Shown here piece by piece: positions 9,279-17,115 of a stretch of 64,000 bases of DNA. Each line of letters begins with the position of its first letter. The first letter of the stretch is position 1. The position numbers and the translations under genes are program-made. The notes beneath the pieces were generated by a model, which searched no databases, had not been told where the DNA came from, and saw nothing but the letters and a program-made list of their open reading frames with translations. This stretch comes from Candidatus Bathyarchaeota archaeon (lineage in GTDB: Archaea > Thermoproteota > Bathyarchaeia > Bathyarchaeales > DTEX01): contig JAGTQB010000001.1 in assembly GCA_018396995.1 (NCBI GenBank), forward strand, positions 67,584-131,583, given 5' to 3'.

Positions 9279-9962
9279 TTATGTATGAGCCGCGCGCTTA
9301 AGAGGATACTTTTTGTCCATTTCCATATATTTCCAATAAAACTTCCTTATATGCTGGTCAACCCCCTCAAATAGGGAGGCTACATCTCTCGCCTTAAGGA
9401 TGGATAATAGTTTCTCTACTTTCATTAAGAGCTGCTCTATCGACGTTTTCCACATGCTCTCAGCTTCATCTTCAGAGACAAGGGATAGCGCCTCCGCAGG
9501 GCACAATTCTATACACCTGGGTTCCCCATTACATAGATCACATATTAGGGCCAGCGGTCTATCCGGATGTAGCGTAATTGCGCCGTAGGGACAGGCCATC
9601 GCGCACCACCCACATCGATCACACTTATCCTGGTCGCAAGAGATTAAGCCTACCTCATTTTGGAAGAGAGCATTCCTCGGACATGCCTTAACGCAGGGAG
9701 CGTTCTCACAGAATCTACAAGCTGTGACAACATTGAAGAAAGGCAAAATCCTCACCACATGGATTCTTGAGCGGAGTGGGCTAAGGGAATCCTCGCCTTT
9801 CTCTAGGACGCAAATAAGCTCACATAAACCACACCCAATACATTTACTTGGATCCACACCCACAAATTTCCTTGCACTTCCCTTAACATTAACGCCGCTG
9901 GACATTAAGTGTGGCACCCCATTTAAATCTGGAATAAGTTTGTTTTTGTTAGATTTCTCCAC
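9279..9962 (-). CDS. Four-cluster ferredoxin-like protein (DmsB/HybA-type 4Fe-4S subunit)
   Basis: 227 aa with four motifs: CIGCGLCELIC, CRFCENAPCVKACP, CDRCGWCAMACP, CDLCNGEPRCIELCP. It lies downstream of etfBA on the same strand. The start may be the internal Met at 9905. Confidence 0.75.
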   Translation of the reverse strand: MEKSNKNKLIPDLNGVPHLMSSGVNVKGSARKFVGVDPSKCIGCGLCELICVLEKGEDSLSPLRSRIHVVRILPFFNVVTACRFCENAPCVKACPRNALFQNEVGLISCDQDKCDRCGWCAMACPYGAITLHPDRPLALICDLCNGEPRCIELCPAEALSLVSEDEAESMWKTSIEQLLMKVEKLLSILKARDVASLFEGVDQHIRKFYWKYMEMDKKYPLKRAAHT

Positions 9963-9997
9963 CGCATAAAAGTAACCACTGTTAGAGCCAATTTATT

Positions 9998-10987
9998 TCA
10001 TTCCTTTCTAGCCCTTACCTCATCAATTTTCATTTTAAGCACTGGTATTATCTTGAATAAGTCTTCGACAACGCCATAATCTGAATAACCAAAGATGGGG
10101 GCTTTCGGATCCTTATTCACTGATATTACTAGCTCTGAGCCCCTCATCCCCAGAATATGTTGGAAAGAGCCGCTGATTCCAAGAGCAAGATATAGCTTTG
10201 GCTTAACAGTTTTCCCAGAGATCCCGACCTGTCGGTCACTTGGAAGCCAACCCTTATCCACAATTGGACGTGTGCAGGCTAGTACCCCACCCAACGATTT
10301 AGCCAGATCCTCGACTAACGGAATGTTACTTTTATCTTTTATTCCCCTTCCGATGGATACTATGATGTCAGCGGCAGTTATATCCACTCCCCCCGGCGGC
10401 GGTGGAACATACTTTATGAAGCGCTTCCTCAACACTACTCTTTCCATGGGAATTGATAACTCCTCTATTCTTCCACCCAATGGTGGAGAGGGCTTCTGGA
10501 CCATGAAGCTCCCCTGTCTCACAGTAACCATGTAGCTCTCGGACCTGCGGACCACAGCCCTAACATTAACCTTTCCACCATACATTTGCCGCGTAACTAT
10601 GAGTGAGTTGTTTTCAAAAGTTATGTCTATGCAGTCTGTGGCCAATGGAATATTTAGAGAAGCTGCTAGTCTAGGGGCGAGTTCAATGCCGTAAGATGTG
10701 TGCCCAATCAACGTTAATAATGGCTTTAGCTCCCTAATTACACGTGAAAGAACCTCCTGGTATAAGTCGGAATTAAAATGCTCAAATAATGGATTCTCAA
10801 CTAACAAAACTCTATTTGAATATTCTGCTAAAGTTGGTGCAAAACTTTTAACATCTTTACCCAGTACAATTGATATAACTTCGGCGCCAAGTTTACTGGA
10901 GAGATTAATGGCTTTAGTGAGCATCTCAAAGGTTATGTCTCTTAGCTGGCCCCCTCGATGCTCCGCCAAGACAAGTATTTCCACCAT
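9998..10987 (-). CDS. etfA: Electron transfer flavoprotein alpha subunit (EtfA/FixB)
   Basis: 329 aa. The C-terminal FAD-binding block is VSIGRG...RPIVD.GW....QVG.SGK.V.PKLYLALGISG..QH..G. It has a 1-nt TAATG overlap with etfB. Confidence 0.9.
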   Translation of the reverse strand: MVEILVLAEHRGGQLRDITFEMLTKAINLSSKLGAEVISIVLGKDVKSFAPTLAEYSNRVLLVENPLFEHFNSDLYQEVLSRVIRELKPLLTLIGHTSYGIELAPRLAASLNIPLATDCIDITFENNSLIVTRQMYGGKVNVRAVVRRSESYMVTVRQGSFMVQKPSPPLGGRIEELSIPMERVVLRKRFIKYVPPPPGGVDITAADIIVSIGRGIKDKSNIPLVEDLAKSLGGVLACTRPIVDKGWLPSDRQVGISGKTVKPKLYLALGISGSFQHILGMRGSELVISVNKDPKAPIFGYSDYGVVEDLFKIIPVLKMKIDEVRARKE

Positions 10988-11784
10988 TAAATTAATCCCC
11001 TCCTCCTTAAAATCTCAACTATCCTTGAGGCTACTTCATTCGGGCTCCCGCTAATAAACTCAACCTTCTTTTCAGCTGGCGGGGTAAACATTTCCTTAAC
11101 TCTTATCCATGAACCCGTCTCACTAACATCTTCTTCGCTTAGGCCTAAGTCCATAAGAGATAAAACCTTTATCTCCTTTTGCATAGCCCTTCGAATAGCC
11201 ATTATAGAGACATATCTCGGCTCATTTATCCCAGTTTGAATCGTGAATAACGCTGGCAGATCAACCTCAAGAACCTCCTCAAACCCTCCCTCAAGCTCGC
11301 GATTCACGATAGCTTTCCCATCCCTAAACTCTATCCTCTTAATCATTGTGGCGTGTGGGATTCCAAGCATCTCAGCGAGAACAGGCCCAACAAGAGCACT
11401 TTCATCATCACTAGCCTGCACCCCAGTTAATATTAGATCAAAGCGCATACCCTTAATAACATTATAGAGTATCTTAGCTATCGCGTAGGCATCCGAACCA
11501 GAAATTTTAGGGTCAGTCACACGGATCGCCCTATCTGCACCACGGGCCAGGCATTTGCGCAGTGTGCTATCAGCATCTTCGGGGCCAACGGTGATAACAG
11601 TAATAGTCCCGCCAAACTTCTCCTTGATACGCACAGCCTCTTCGATAGCATATTCATCCCACTCATTTATGTCGAAAACCAAGCCTTGCTTCTCTATATC
11701 CCTACCACTAGCATCTATTCTTATCTCGGCCTCCGCAGTCTCTGGAACATGCTTAACACAAACAATAATATCCAAGCAAACCAT
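10987..11784 (-). CDS. etfB: Electron transfer flavoprotein beta subunit (EtfB/FixA)
   Basis: 265 aa. It has IIVCVKHVPE at the N-terminus, the NEWDEYAIEEA block and LILTG.QASDD, typical of EtfB. Confidence 0.9.
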   Translation of the reverse strand: MVCLDIIVCVKHVPETAEAEIRIDASGRDIEKQGLVFDINEWDEYAIEEAVRIKEKFGGTITVITVGPEDADSTLRKCLARGADRAIRVTDPKISGSDAYAIAKILYNVIKGMRFDLILTGVQASDDESALVGPVLAEMLGIPHATMIKRIEFRDGKAIVNRELEGGFEEVLEVDLPALFTIQTGINEPRYVSIMAIRRAMQKEIKVLSLMDLGLSEEDVSETGSWIRVKEMFTPPAEKKVEFISGSPNEVASRIVEILRRRGLI

Positions 11785-11937
11785 CTCTTTAAACTAGTTT
11801 AACTTAAGAATAACGTTAACGTCTTATCTAGTTTTCGGAGTGAAGCAGCATATAACAAGCCCTTTCGCAATCATCGCAGACATGAAAATGATTTAGAGAG
11901 GGCGTCAAGTGGTGGCATAAAATACTTAAATTGGTTC

Positions 11938-12030
11938 CGCAATATATAATGATGGTGACCTGCCGTCTGCTGAGATCATGATGAGTGGCACGAGCTGCTT
12001 GAGGGCACAGCCCCGATGAGAGACGGCAGT
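11938..12030 (+). ncRNA. Candidate small structured RNA with box C/D-like (K-turn) motifs; not a canonical C/D sRNA
   Basis: It lies in a 269-nt non-coding spacer. The motif order is ATGATGG (11949-55), 14 nt, CTGA (11970-73), gatc, ATGATGA (11978-84), 13 nt, then CTTGA (an imperfect D box). A 9-bp helix pairs CTGCCGTCT 11960-68 with AGACGGCAG 12021-29, bracketing CTGA and GATGAG. An A/T-rich element (cataaaatac, 11905-14) lies about 25 nt upstream. Confidence 0.25.
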
Positions 12031-12053
12031 CCCTCCTGCATACCGTCTGTTGT

Positions 12054-13268
12054 TTAAGAGAATTTAAGAAGCGCTCTACGATATGTTGCTAAAGTTAAGA
12101 TGGATTCAAGTTTATCGCCTTCCTGCTTCCCTTTAAGAGTAACCCTTATACTATCGTTTGTGACTTCAACGCTTGCATATTGAACCCCTAAGTATTCTAG
12201 CAGGTCCTCGATATCACTGGCTTCAATGGGCTCTGGCTTCACATTAGTATTGCATGGACCCATGTTACACATGGCGCAGTACCTTCCATGCGTGTAAACA
12301 TTTGCTTCACATGCGGTCCTGAAGACAATGAAACCCATGTCCTCAGCAATAAGTTTGATCCTCCTCTTAAAATCTGATAATCTAATCTCGATTTGCTCAG
12401 AGCCCTTAATCGGCCCAGTTAATCTCCTCCTAATCTCACCCACATTAGCCCCATAACGCTCTAGATTCCTTAGAATTCTCTCGGTTACTCTCAATGAGCC
12501 GAGAACAATTGATTTTAAGCCGCTTTCAGCAGCTAAGCTAAGTATTTTCTCAGCCTCAACATCTGTTATTCCTGGAATTATCGGCCTCATAAAGAGGGAG
12601 ACTGATAAGCCGGCCCTTGAGGCCTCCCCAGCGGACTTAATTCTCTCCATCGGATCAGGAGCCCTTGGCTCAACACTTCTGTTAGATATAGTTACCACCG
12701 TAACGAGGACGCTTGTCCTCGGGTCTCCTGATGAAATGCCCTTTGAAATATTCTCTGTTAGAATGGCTTTTGTCGATACTTGTGTTGGAAGTCTTAACCA
12801 CATGTATATCTCCCTCATGTAGCTTAGAGCCTGCGTCGCTGTCTCACGGAGGAATGGTTCTGTAACTGAGCCATATGCTGCCAGCGTTTTCTCCGGGATA
12901 ACATATGGATTTAATGCTAACGCATATGTCATCTCCTCTGGCTTTAGCGGGTATGGTCTTGTCCTCGCTGGAAAGCCCATGTCGTAGATGTAACAGTATG
13001 CGCAGATGTAGCTGCAGCCCACGCCAGTATGTATTGTTATGCCGCACGGCCTCGGCCTCCTCCTTGAGTGGTGGTCGGAACTGGCAGCTAGCTTAGACTT
13101 ATCATCAAGCAGTCTCTCTAGTCTAGATAGAACCGTCTTCTTATAATTGAATAGGTTAACTAAACGCGTCAAATGATATTCTCCATAGAAATATTTGGGG
13201 GAAGAAGGATAAATAGTGCTAGCTAATGTAGCTTCACGAACTTTAACACGGCTACATGGGCGAAACAA
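12054..13268 (-). CDS. Radical SAM protein, SplB/COG1533-like (DNA-photolyase-like family)
   Basis: 404 aa. It has GVGCSYICAYCY (Cx3Cx2C with the CxYCY flavour of the SplB-like family) and a C-terminal Cys patch, CEANVYTHGRYCAMCNMGPC. The TTG start at 13268 is uncertain. Confidence 0.65.
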   Translation of the reverse strand: MFRPCSRVKVREATLASTIYPSSPKYFYGEYHLTRLVNLFNYKKTVLSRLERLLDDKSKLAASSDHHSRRRPRPCGITIHTGVGCSYICAYCYIYDMGFPARTRPYPLKPEEMTYALALNPYVIPEKTLAAYGSVTEPFLRETATQALSYMREIYMWLRLPTQVSTKAILTENISKGISSGDPRTSVLVTVVTISNRSVEPRAPDPMERIKSAGEASRAGLSVSLFMRPIIPGITDVEAEKILSLAAESGLKSIVLGSLRVTERILRNLERYGANVGEIRRRLTGPIKGSEQIEIRLSDFKRRIKLIAEDMGFIVFRTACEANVYTHGRYCAMCNMGPCNTNVKPEPIEASDIEDLLEYLGVQYASVEVTNDSIRVTLKGKQEGDKLESILTLATYRRALLKFS

Positions 13269-13452
13269 GAACCTTGATACGCGTTCATATCCAACATGAA
13301 AATTCTTCCGATAACAGCGGTTGTTATGCTATGGAAAAAATCATTCAACTCTTATCCTCTTTTCCGTTTGTCCGCTTATACGCTTCTATCTAATGTTTAC
13401 AACTGTTTCAGCGGCATTTTCCTGAGAATTGCATATAAGTTAGTGTGTTGAG

Positions 13453-13460
13453 TATAAAAA
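13453..13460 (+). promoter_or_regulatory. Putative TATA box for leaderless htpX
   Basis: tataaaaa is centred about 23-26 nt upstream of ATG 13479, which is the archaeal TATA-to-TSS spacing. Confidence 0.4.
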
Positions 13461-13478
13461 TTTTTGGTGTAGTGGTTT

Positions 13479-14759
13479 ATGCTTCGTGAAGCCATCTTGA
13501 TGACTGCTTTAACAGCGCTTCTTGTGTTAGTTGGCTATGTTGTCGGCCTGTTCCTCGGGAACCCTACAACTGCCATTCAAGTAGCGCTTATCTCGGCAGC
13601 CATAATGAATATAGCGGTTTACATCTTCTCCGATAGGATTGTTCTTGCAATGACTGGCGCTAAACTTATATCGCCATCCGATGAGCCCCAATTACACCAA
13701 ACTATTGAACGATTAGCTAGGGAGGCTAGGATACCTAAGCCTAGGGTTGCAATAGTTCCAGTAGATCTACCAAACGCATTTGCTACTGGGAGGGGGCCGG
13801 GGAGGGCGGTTGTTGCTGTAACTAGGGGTTTACTACGCGAGCTTAATAGTGATGAGGTTGAGGCGGTTCTAGGGCATGAGATATCCCATATAAGGCATAG
13901 GGATACTTTAGTGGCAACAATGGCTGCAACCATTGCTGGCGCCATAAGTTACATAGCCTATATGGGTAGGTGGGGTCTCTGGCTCGGGGACGGTAGGAGG
14001 AGTGAGGTAAATCAACTATTACTCCTCCTCGCAGTAATCTTTGCGCCAATAGCTGCCACAATGATTCAGCTAGCGATATCGAGGGAGCGGGAGTATGAAG
14101 CTGATGAGGGAAGCGCAATGATAACTAAGAAGCCAATAAGCCTTGCTAATGCACTAATAAAGATTGAAAGGGCTGTGCGTAGGAGGCCAATGGTGGATGC
14201 AAATCCAGCGACAAGCCCACTCTGGATAGTTAACCCATTTCGCGGAGAGACACTAATGGAGCTTTTCTCAACCCACCCGCCAACCCGCAAGAGGATTGAG
14301 AGACTTAGGAAAATAGCTCGGGAGATGGGGGTGAATGACGCACCCCTCCTAGAGTATACTGAAGAGCCCATAAAGACTCGGGTAGAGCGGGTGGAGACCG
14401 GGACTTCTATAAGAGTGCACCCTTATGCCCAGTTAAGGGCGGTGGCCACACTTAATTCCGGGCTCGTCCTGAAAGACTTCGATGAGGTTGAGAGGGCTAT
14501 TCTGGTTTCATTATATAGGGGCGGTGATATGAGCCACTCGGCGCTTCCAAAAGTTCTAGCAAAAAGCTTCGGGATACACCTATCTCTGCGCGAGGTTGAA
14601 GAAGCCATAGATAGGCTTTCAGCCAAGGGACTTATCTCTTTGAGGAGCGTTTTCACAGCGTACATCTTTGGGACAGAATACACACGCATGACTATAGGTT
14701 TAACACCATTAGGGAGGAGTATAGCTCGTAAGCTGGCTGGAGAGACTCGGGGAGACTGA
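13479..14759 (+). CDS. htpX: HtpX-family M48 zinc metalloprotease with a C-terminal winged-helix-like extension
   Basis: 426 aa. It has N-terminal TM segments, HEISHIRHRD (HExxH, 13875-13889), the downstream EYEADEGSA and STHPP..KR. About 130 extra C-terminal residues (...ERAILVSLYRGGDMSHSALPKVLAKSFGIHLSLREVEEAIDRLSAKGLISL...) resemble a MarR-like wHTH. Confidence 0.85.
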   Translation: MLREAILMTALTALLVLVGYVVGLFLGNPTTAIQVALISAAIMNIAVYIFSDRIVLAMTGAKLISPSDEPQLHQTIERLAREARIPKPRVAIVPVDLPNAFATGRGPGRAVVAVTRGLLRELNSDEVEAVLGHEISHIRHRDTLVATMAATIAGAISYIAYMGRWGLWLGDGRRSEVNQLLLLLAVIFAPIAATMIQLAISREREYEADEGSAMITKKPISLANALIKIERAVRRRPMVDANPATSPLWIVNPFRGETLMELFSTHPPTRKRIERLRKIAREMGVNDAPLLEYTEEPIKTRVERVETGTSIRVHPYAQLRAVATLNSGLVLKDFDEVERAILVSLYRGGDMSHSALPKVLAKSFGIHLSLREVEEAIDRLSAKGLISLRSVFTAYIFGTEYTRMTIGLTPLGRSIARKLAGETRGD

Positions 14760-14850
14760 TTCTTCTGGGGAGAGGTAGACGTCAAGCTTATATGGATTCT
14801 TAAGAAATCAAAGCATTGGGTTTCATTAAATTGGATGCTGGAAGAAGCTG

Positions 14851-15633
14851 ATGGCTATGGTTAGCTTAAGTGGAGCCTTCAGGAAGAGGGTGCTCATGGT
14901 GTATTTAACGGCGGGCGACCCATATGTAGATAGTTGGGTTATAGAGACCTTATCCGAGCATGGGGTTGACATCTTTGAGTTCGGCATACCGACGGCTAGA
15001 CCTAAATATGATGGATTAACTATTAAGGCGAGCTATAGGAGGGCTATTGAAAGCGGAGTAACACTGGAGAAGAGCTTCCAGTTTATAGAGGGTTTTAGGC
15101 TGAGGCATAAGGTGGTTCTAACATACTTTGAGTATGCTAGGAGCATAGGTTTAGAGAGACTTATGAGCTATGCCCTAAACGCCGGAGCTGAGGGGGTCTT
15201 ACTTCCAGATCTATTAATAGACTACTCCGAGGATGCAGATGTATATGTGAGGCTATGCAAGCAGTATGGCTTCGAACCAATTTTCTTCATAACAAGCTCC
15301 TTCCCTTATAAACTCATCTCCGAAGTCGCCCGCCTAAACCCAGCATTCATCTACATGGGTTTAATGGCTTCGACTGGAACCCTCCTACCAATAACCATAA
15401 GCAGAAACATTAGCATAATAAAGAGTCTCATAAACAATACACCACTACTCACGGGCTTCGCAATAAGCGAGCCGAAGCAAGTTCTGGAGTGCATTAGGGC
15501 TGGGGCCGATGGTGTCGTAATTGGGAGCGCCATAATAAGGCTTATAAGCGGGGGTGGAGAGAAGCAGCATATCAAAGAGGAATTAAGGAACTATATTAGC
15601 AGCATAAAGGAGGCGCTGGAGGCCCCGGTATGA
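14851..15633 (+). CDS. trpA: Tryptophan synthase alpha chain-like protein (divergent)
   Basis: 260 aa with YLTAGDP, FEFGIP and C-terminal GFAIS / VIGSAI phosphate-binding blocks. The SDP Asp of canonical TrpA reads ARP here (Arg codon 14998-15000). Confidence 0.75.
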   Translation: MAMVSLSGAFRKRVLMVYLTAGDPYVDSWVIETLSEHGVDIFEFGIPTARPKYDGLTIKASYRRAIESGVTLEKSFQFIEGFRLRHKVVLTYFEYARSIGLERLMSYALNAGAEGVLLPDLLIDYSEDADVYVRLCKQYGFEPIFFITSSFPYKLISEVARLNPAFIYMGLMASTGTLLPITISRNISIIKSLINNTPLLTGFAISEPKQVLECIRAGADGVVIGSAIIRLISGGGEKQHIKEELRNYISSIKEALEAPV

Positions 15634-16904
15634 ATATTCTCCCAAGTCACTGGTATAATATTGTCCCAGACCTACCGAAGCCACTGCCGCCGCCAAGGGA
15701 TCCGGAGGATGACTATATATTCTCCAGGATTGAATTACTGCCAAAGCTTTTCCCCTCAGAGCTATTAGACCAAGAATTTACAGCCGAAAGGTATATTCAG
15801 ATACCAGGTGAAGTCCTCGACGCCTATAGGAGGATAGGGAGGCCGACACCGCTGGTCAGAGCTGTGAACCTTGAAAGACTCCTTAACACCCCGGCGAGGA
15901 TATACTTTAAGCGTGAAGACCTGAGCCCGACTGGGAGCCATAAAATCAACACAGCATTAGCTCAGGCATACTACGCAAAGAAGGAGGGCGTTCAGATGCT
16001 TACAACTGAGACCAGCGCTGGTCAATGGGGCTCCGCACTCGCCTGTGCCTGCGCAATGTTTGACATAAGGTGCCTTGTATTCATGACAAGAAGTAGTTAT
16101 ATACGAAAACCGTACAGGAGAATCCTAATGAAGCTTTATGGTGCTGATGTCGTCCCAAGTCCAAGCGACCGCACGGAGATCGGTAGGAGACTCTTAATGG
16201 AGAATCAGGAGCACCCGGGATCCCTCGGAATAGCTATCTCCGAGGCTGTTGAAACATGTATGAAAGATGGAAGTGCGAAGTATGCTGTTGGCAGTGTCAT
16301 GAACTTTGTCCTTCTGCATCAGACAGTTATAGGCTTAGAGACAATGCGGCAGCTCGAGGAGATTGGCGAGATCCCAGATGTAATGATTGGTTGCGTCGGT
16401 GGCGGAAGTAACTTCTCCGGCTTCATCTTCCCATTCATCGGTAATAGACTTAAGGATGGAGACTTTAAGAACACGGAGTTCATTGCCGTCGAGTCAAAAG
16501 CCTCTCCAAAGATGACTGAGGGGAGCTACATTTATGAGCATGGAGACACAGCCGGATACCTCCCAATGCTAAAAATGTATACTGTTGGTAGGAGTTATGT
16601 ACCGCCTCCAATACACGCGGCTGGTCTAAGATACCACGCCGCCGCACCAATATTATCGCTGCTGATTAAGGAGGGCTTAGTAAAGGCTGTGGCATATACT
16701 CAGGAGGAGGTTCTTGAGGCCGCGAGGGTATTTGCAAGAGTTGAGGGGATTGTTCCAGCCCCTGAGACAGCCCACGCGGTCAAGCAGGCAATAGTAGAGG
16801 CAGAGCATTGTAGAAGAAGAAACCTTAAGAAGACAATTATATTATGTTTCAGCGGACATGGGCTCTTAGACCTATCTGTGTTCGAGGAATACGGAACCTA
16901 TTAG
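15630..16904 (+). CDS. trpB: TrpB2-type tryptophan synthase beta chain (PLP enzyme)
   Basis: 424 aa. It has the N-terminal extension typical of TrpB2 (WYNIVPDLPKPLPPP), the PLP lysine in PTGSHKINTA, and GGGSN. It has a 4-nt overlap with the trpA-like gene. Confidence 0.9.
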   Translation: MNILPSHWYNIVPDLPKPLPPPRDPEDDYIFSRIELLPKLFPSELLDQEFTAERYIQIPGEVLDAYRRIGRPTPLVRAVNLERLLNTPARIYFKREDLSPTGSHKINTALAQAYYAKKEGVQMLTTETSAGQWGSALACACAMFDIRCLVFMTRSSYIRKPYRRILMKLYGADVVPSPSDRTEIGRRLLMENQEHPGSLGIAISEAVETCMKDGSAKYAVGSVMNFVLLHQTVIGLETMRQLEEIGEIPDVMIGCVGGGSNFSGFIFPFIGNRLKDGDFKNTEFIAVESKASPKMTEGSYIYEHGDTAGYLPMLKMYTVGRSYVPPPIHAAGLRYHAAAPILSLLIKEGLVKAVAYTQEEVLEAARVFARVEGIVPAPETAHAVKQAIVEAEHCRRRNLKKTIILCFSGHGLLDLSVFEEYGTY

Positions 16905-17115
16905 ATTTATTGAATCCCCTTAAACCCGAAATCTATTTTTGAGTAGATAATGGAGAAAAGATTACTTGGTAGACGGGAACATTTTTATTCTCTAAGAGTG
17001 TTTTACTATGACTTGGTTATTTTAGATAAAAGTGAGAATAGAAAAGCAAATATTGTTGCGTGAAGCATTTTCCTTAGAAGTCTTAACACAATCTGTGTTC
17101 TAGTGGGGGAATTTT

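Noticed and set aside
16905-17115. Possible TPP riboswitch in the 211-nt spacer upstream of thiC.
   Set aside because: Neither the CUGAGA box nor the ACCUGAUCUGGAUAAUGCCAGCG-type pyrophosphate-sensor helix is present on either strand, and there is no convincing conserved stem architecture.
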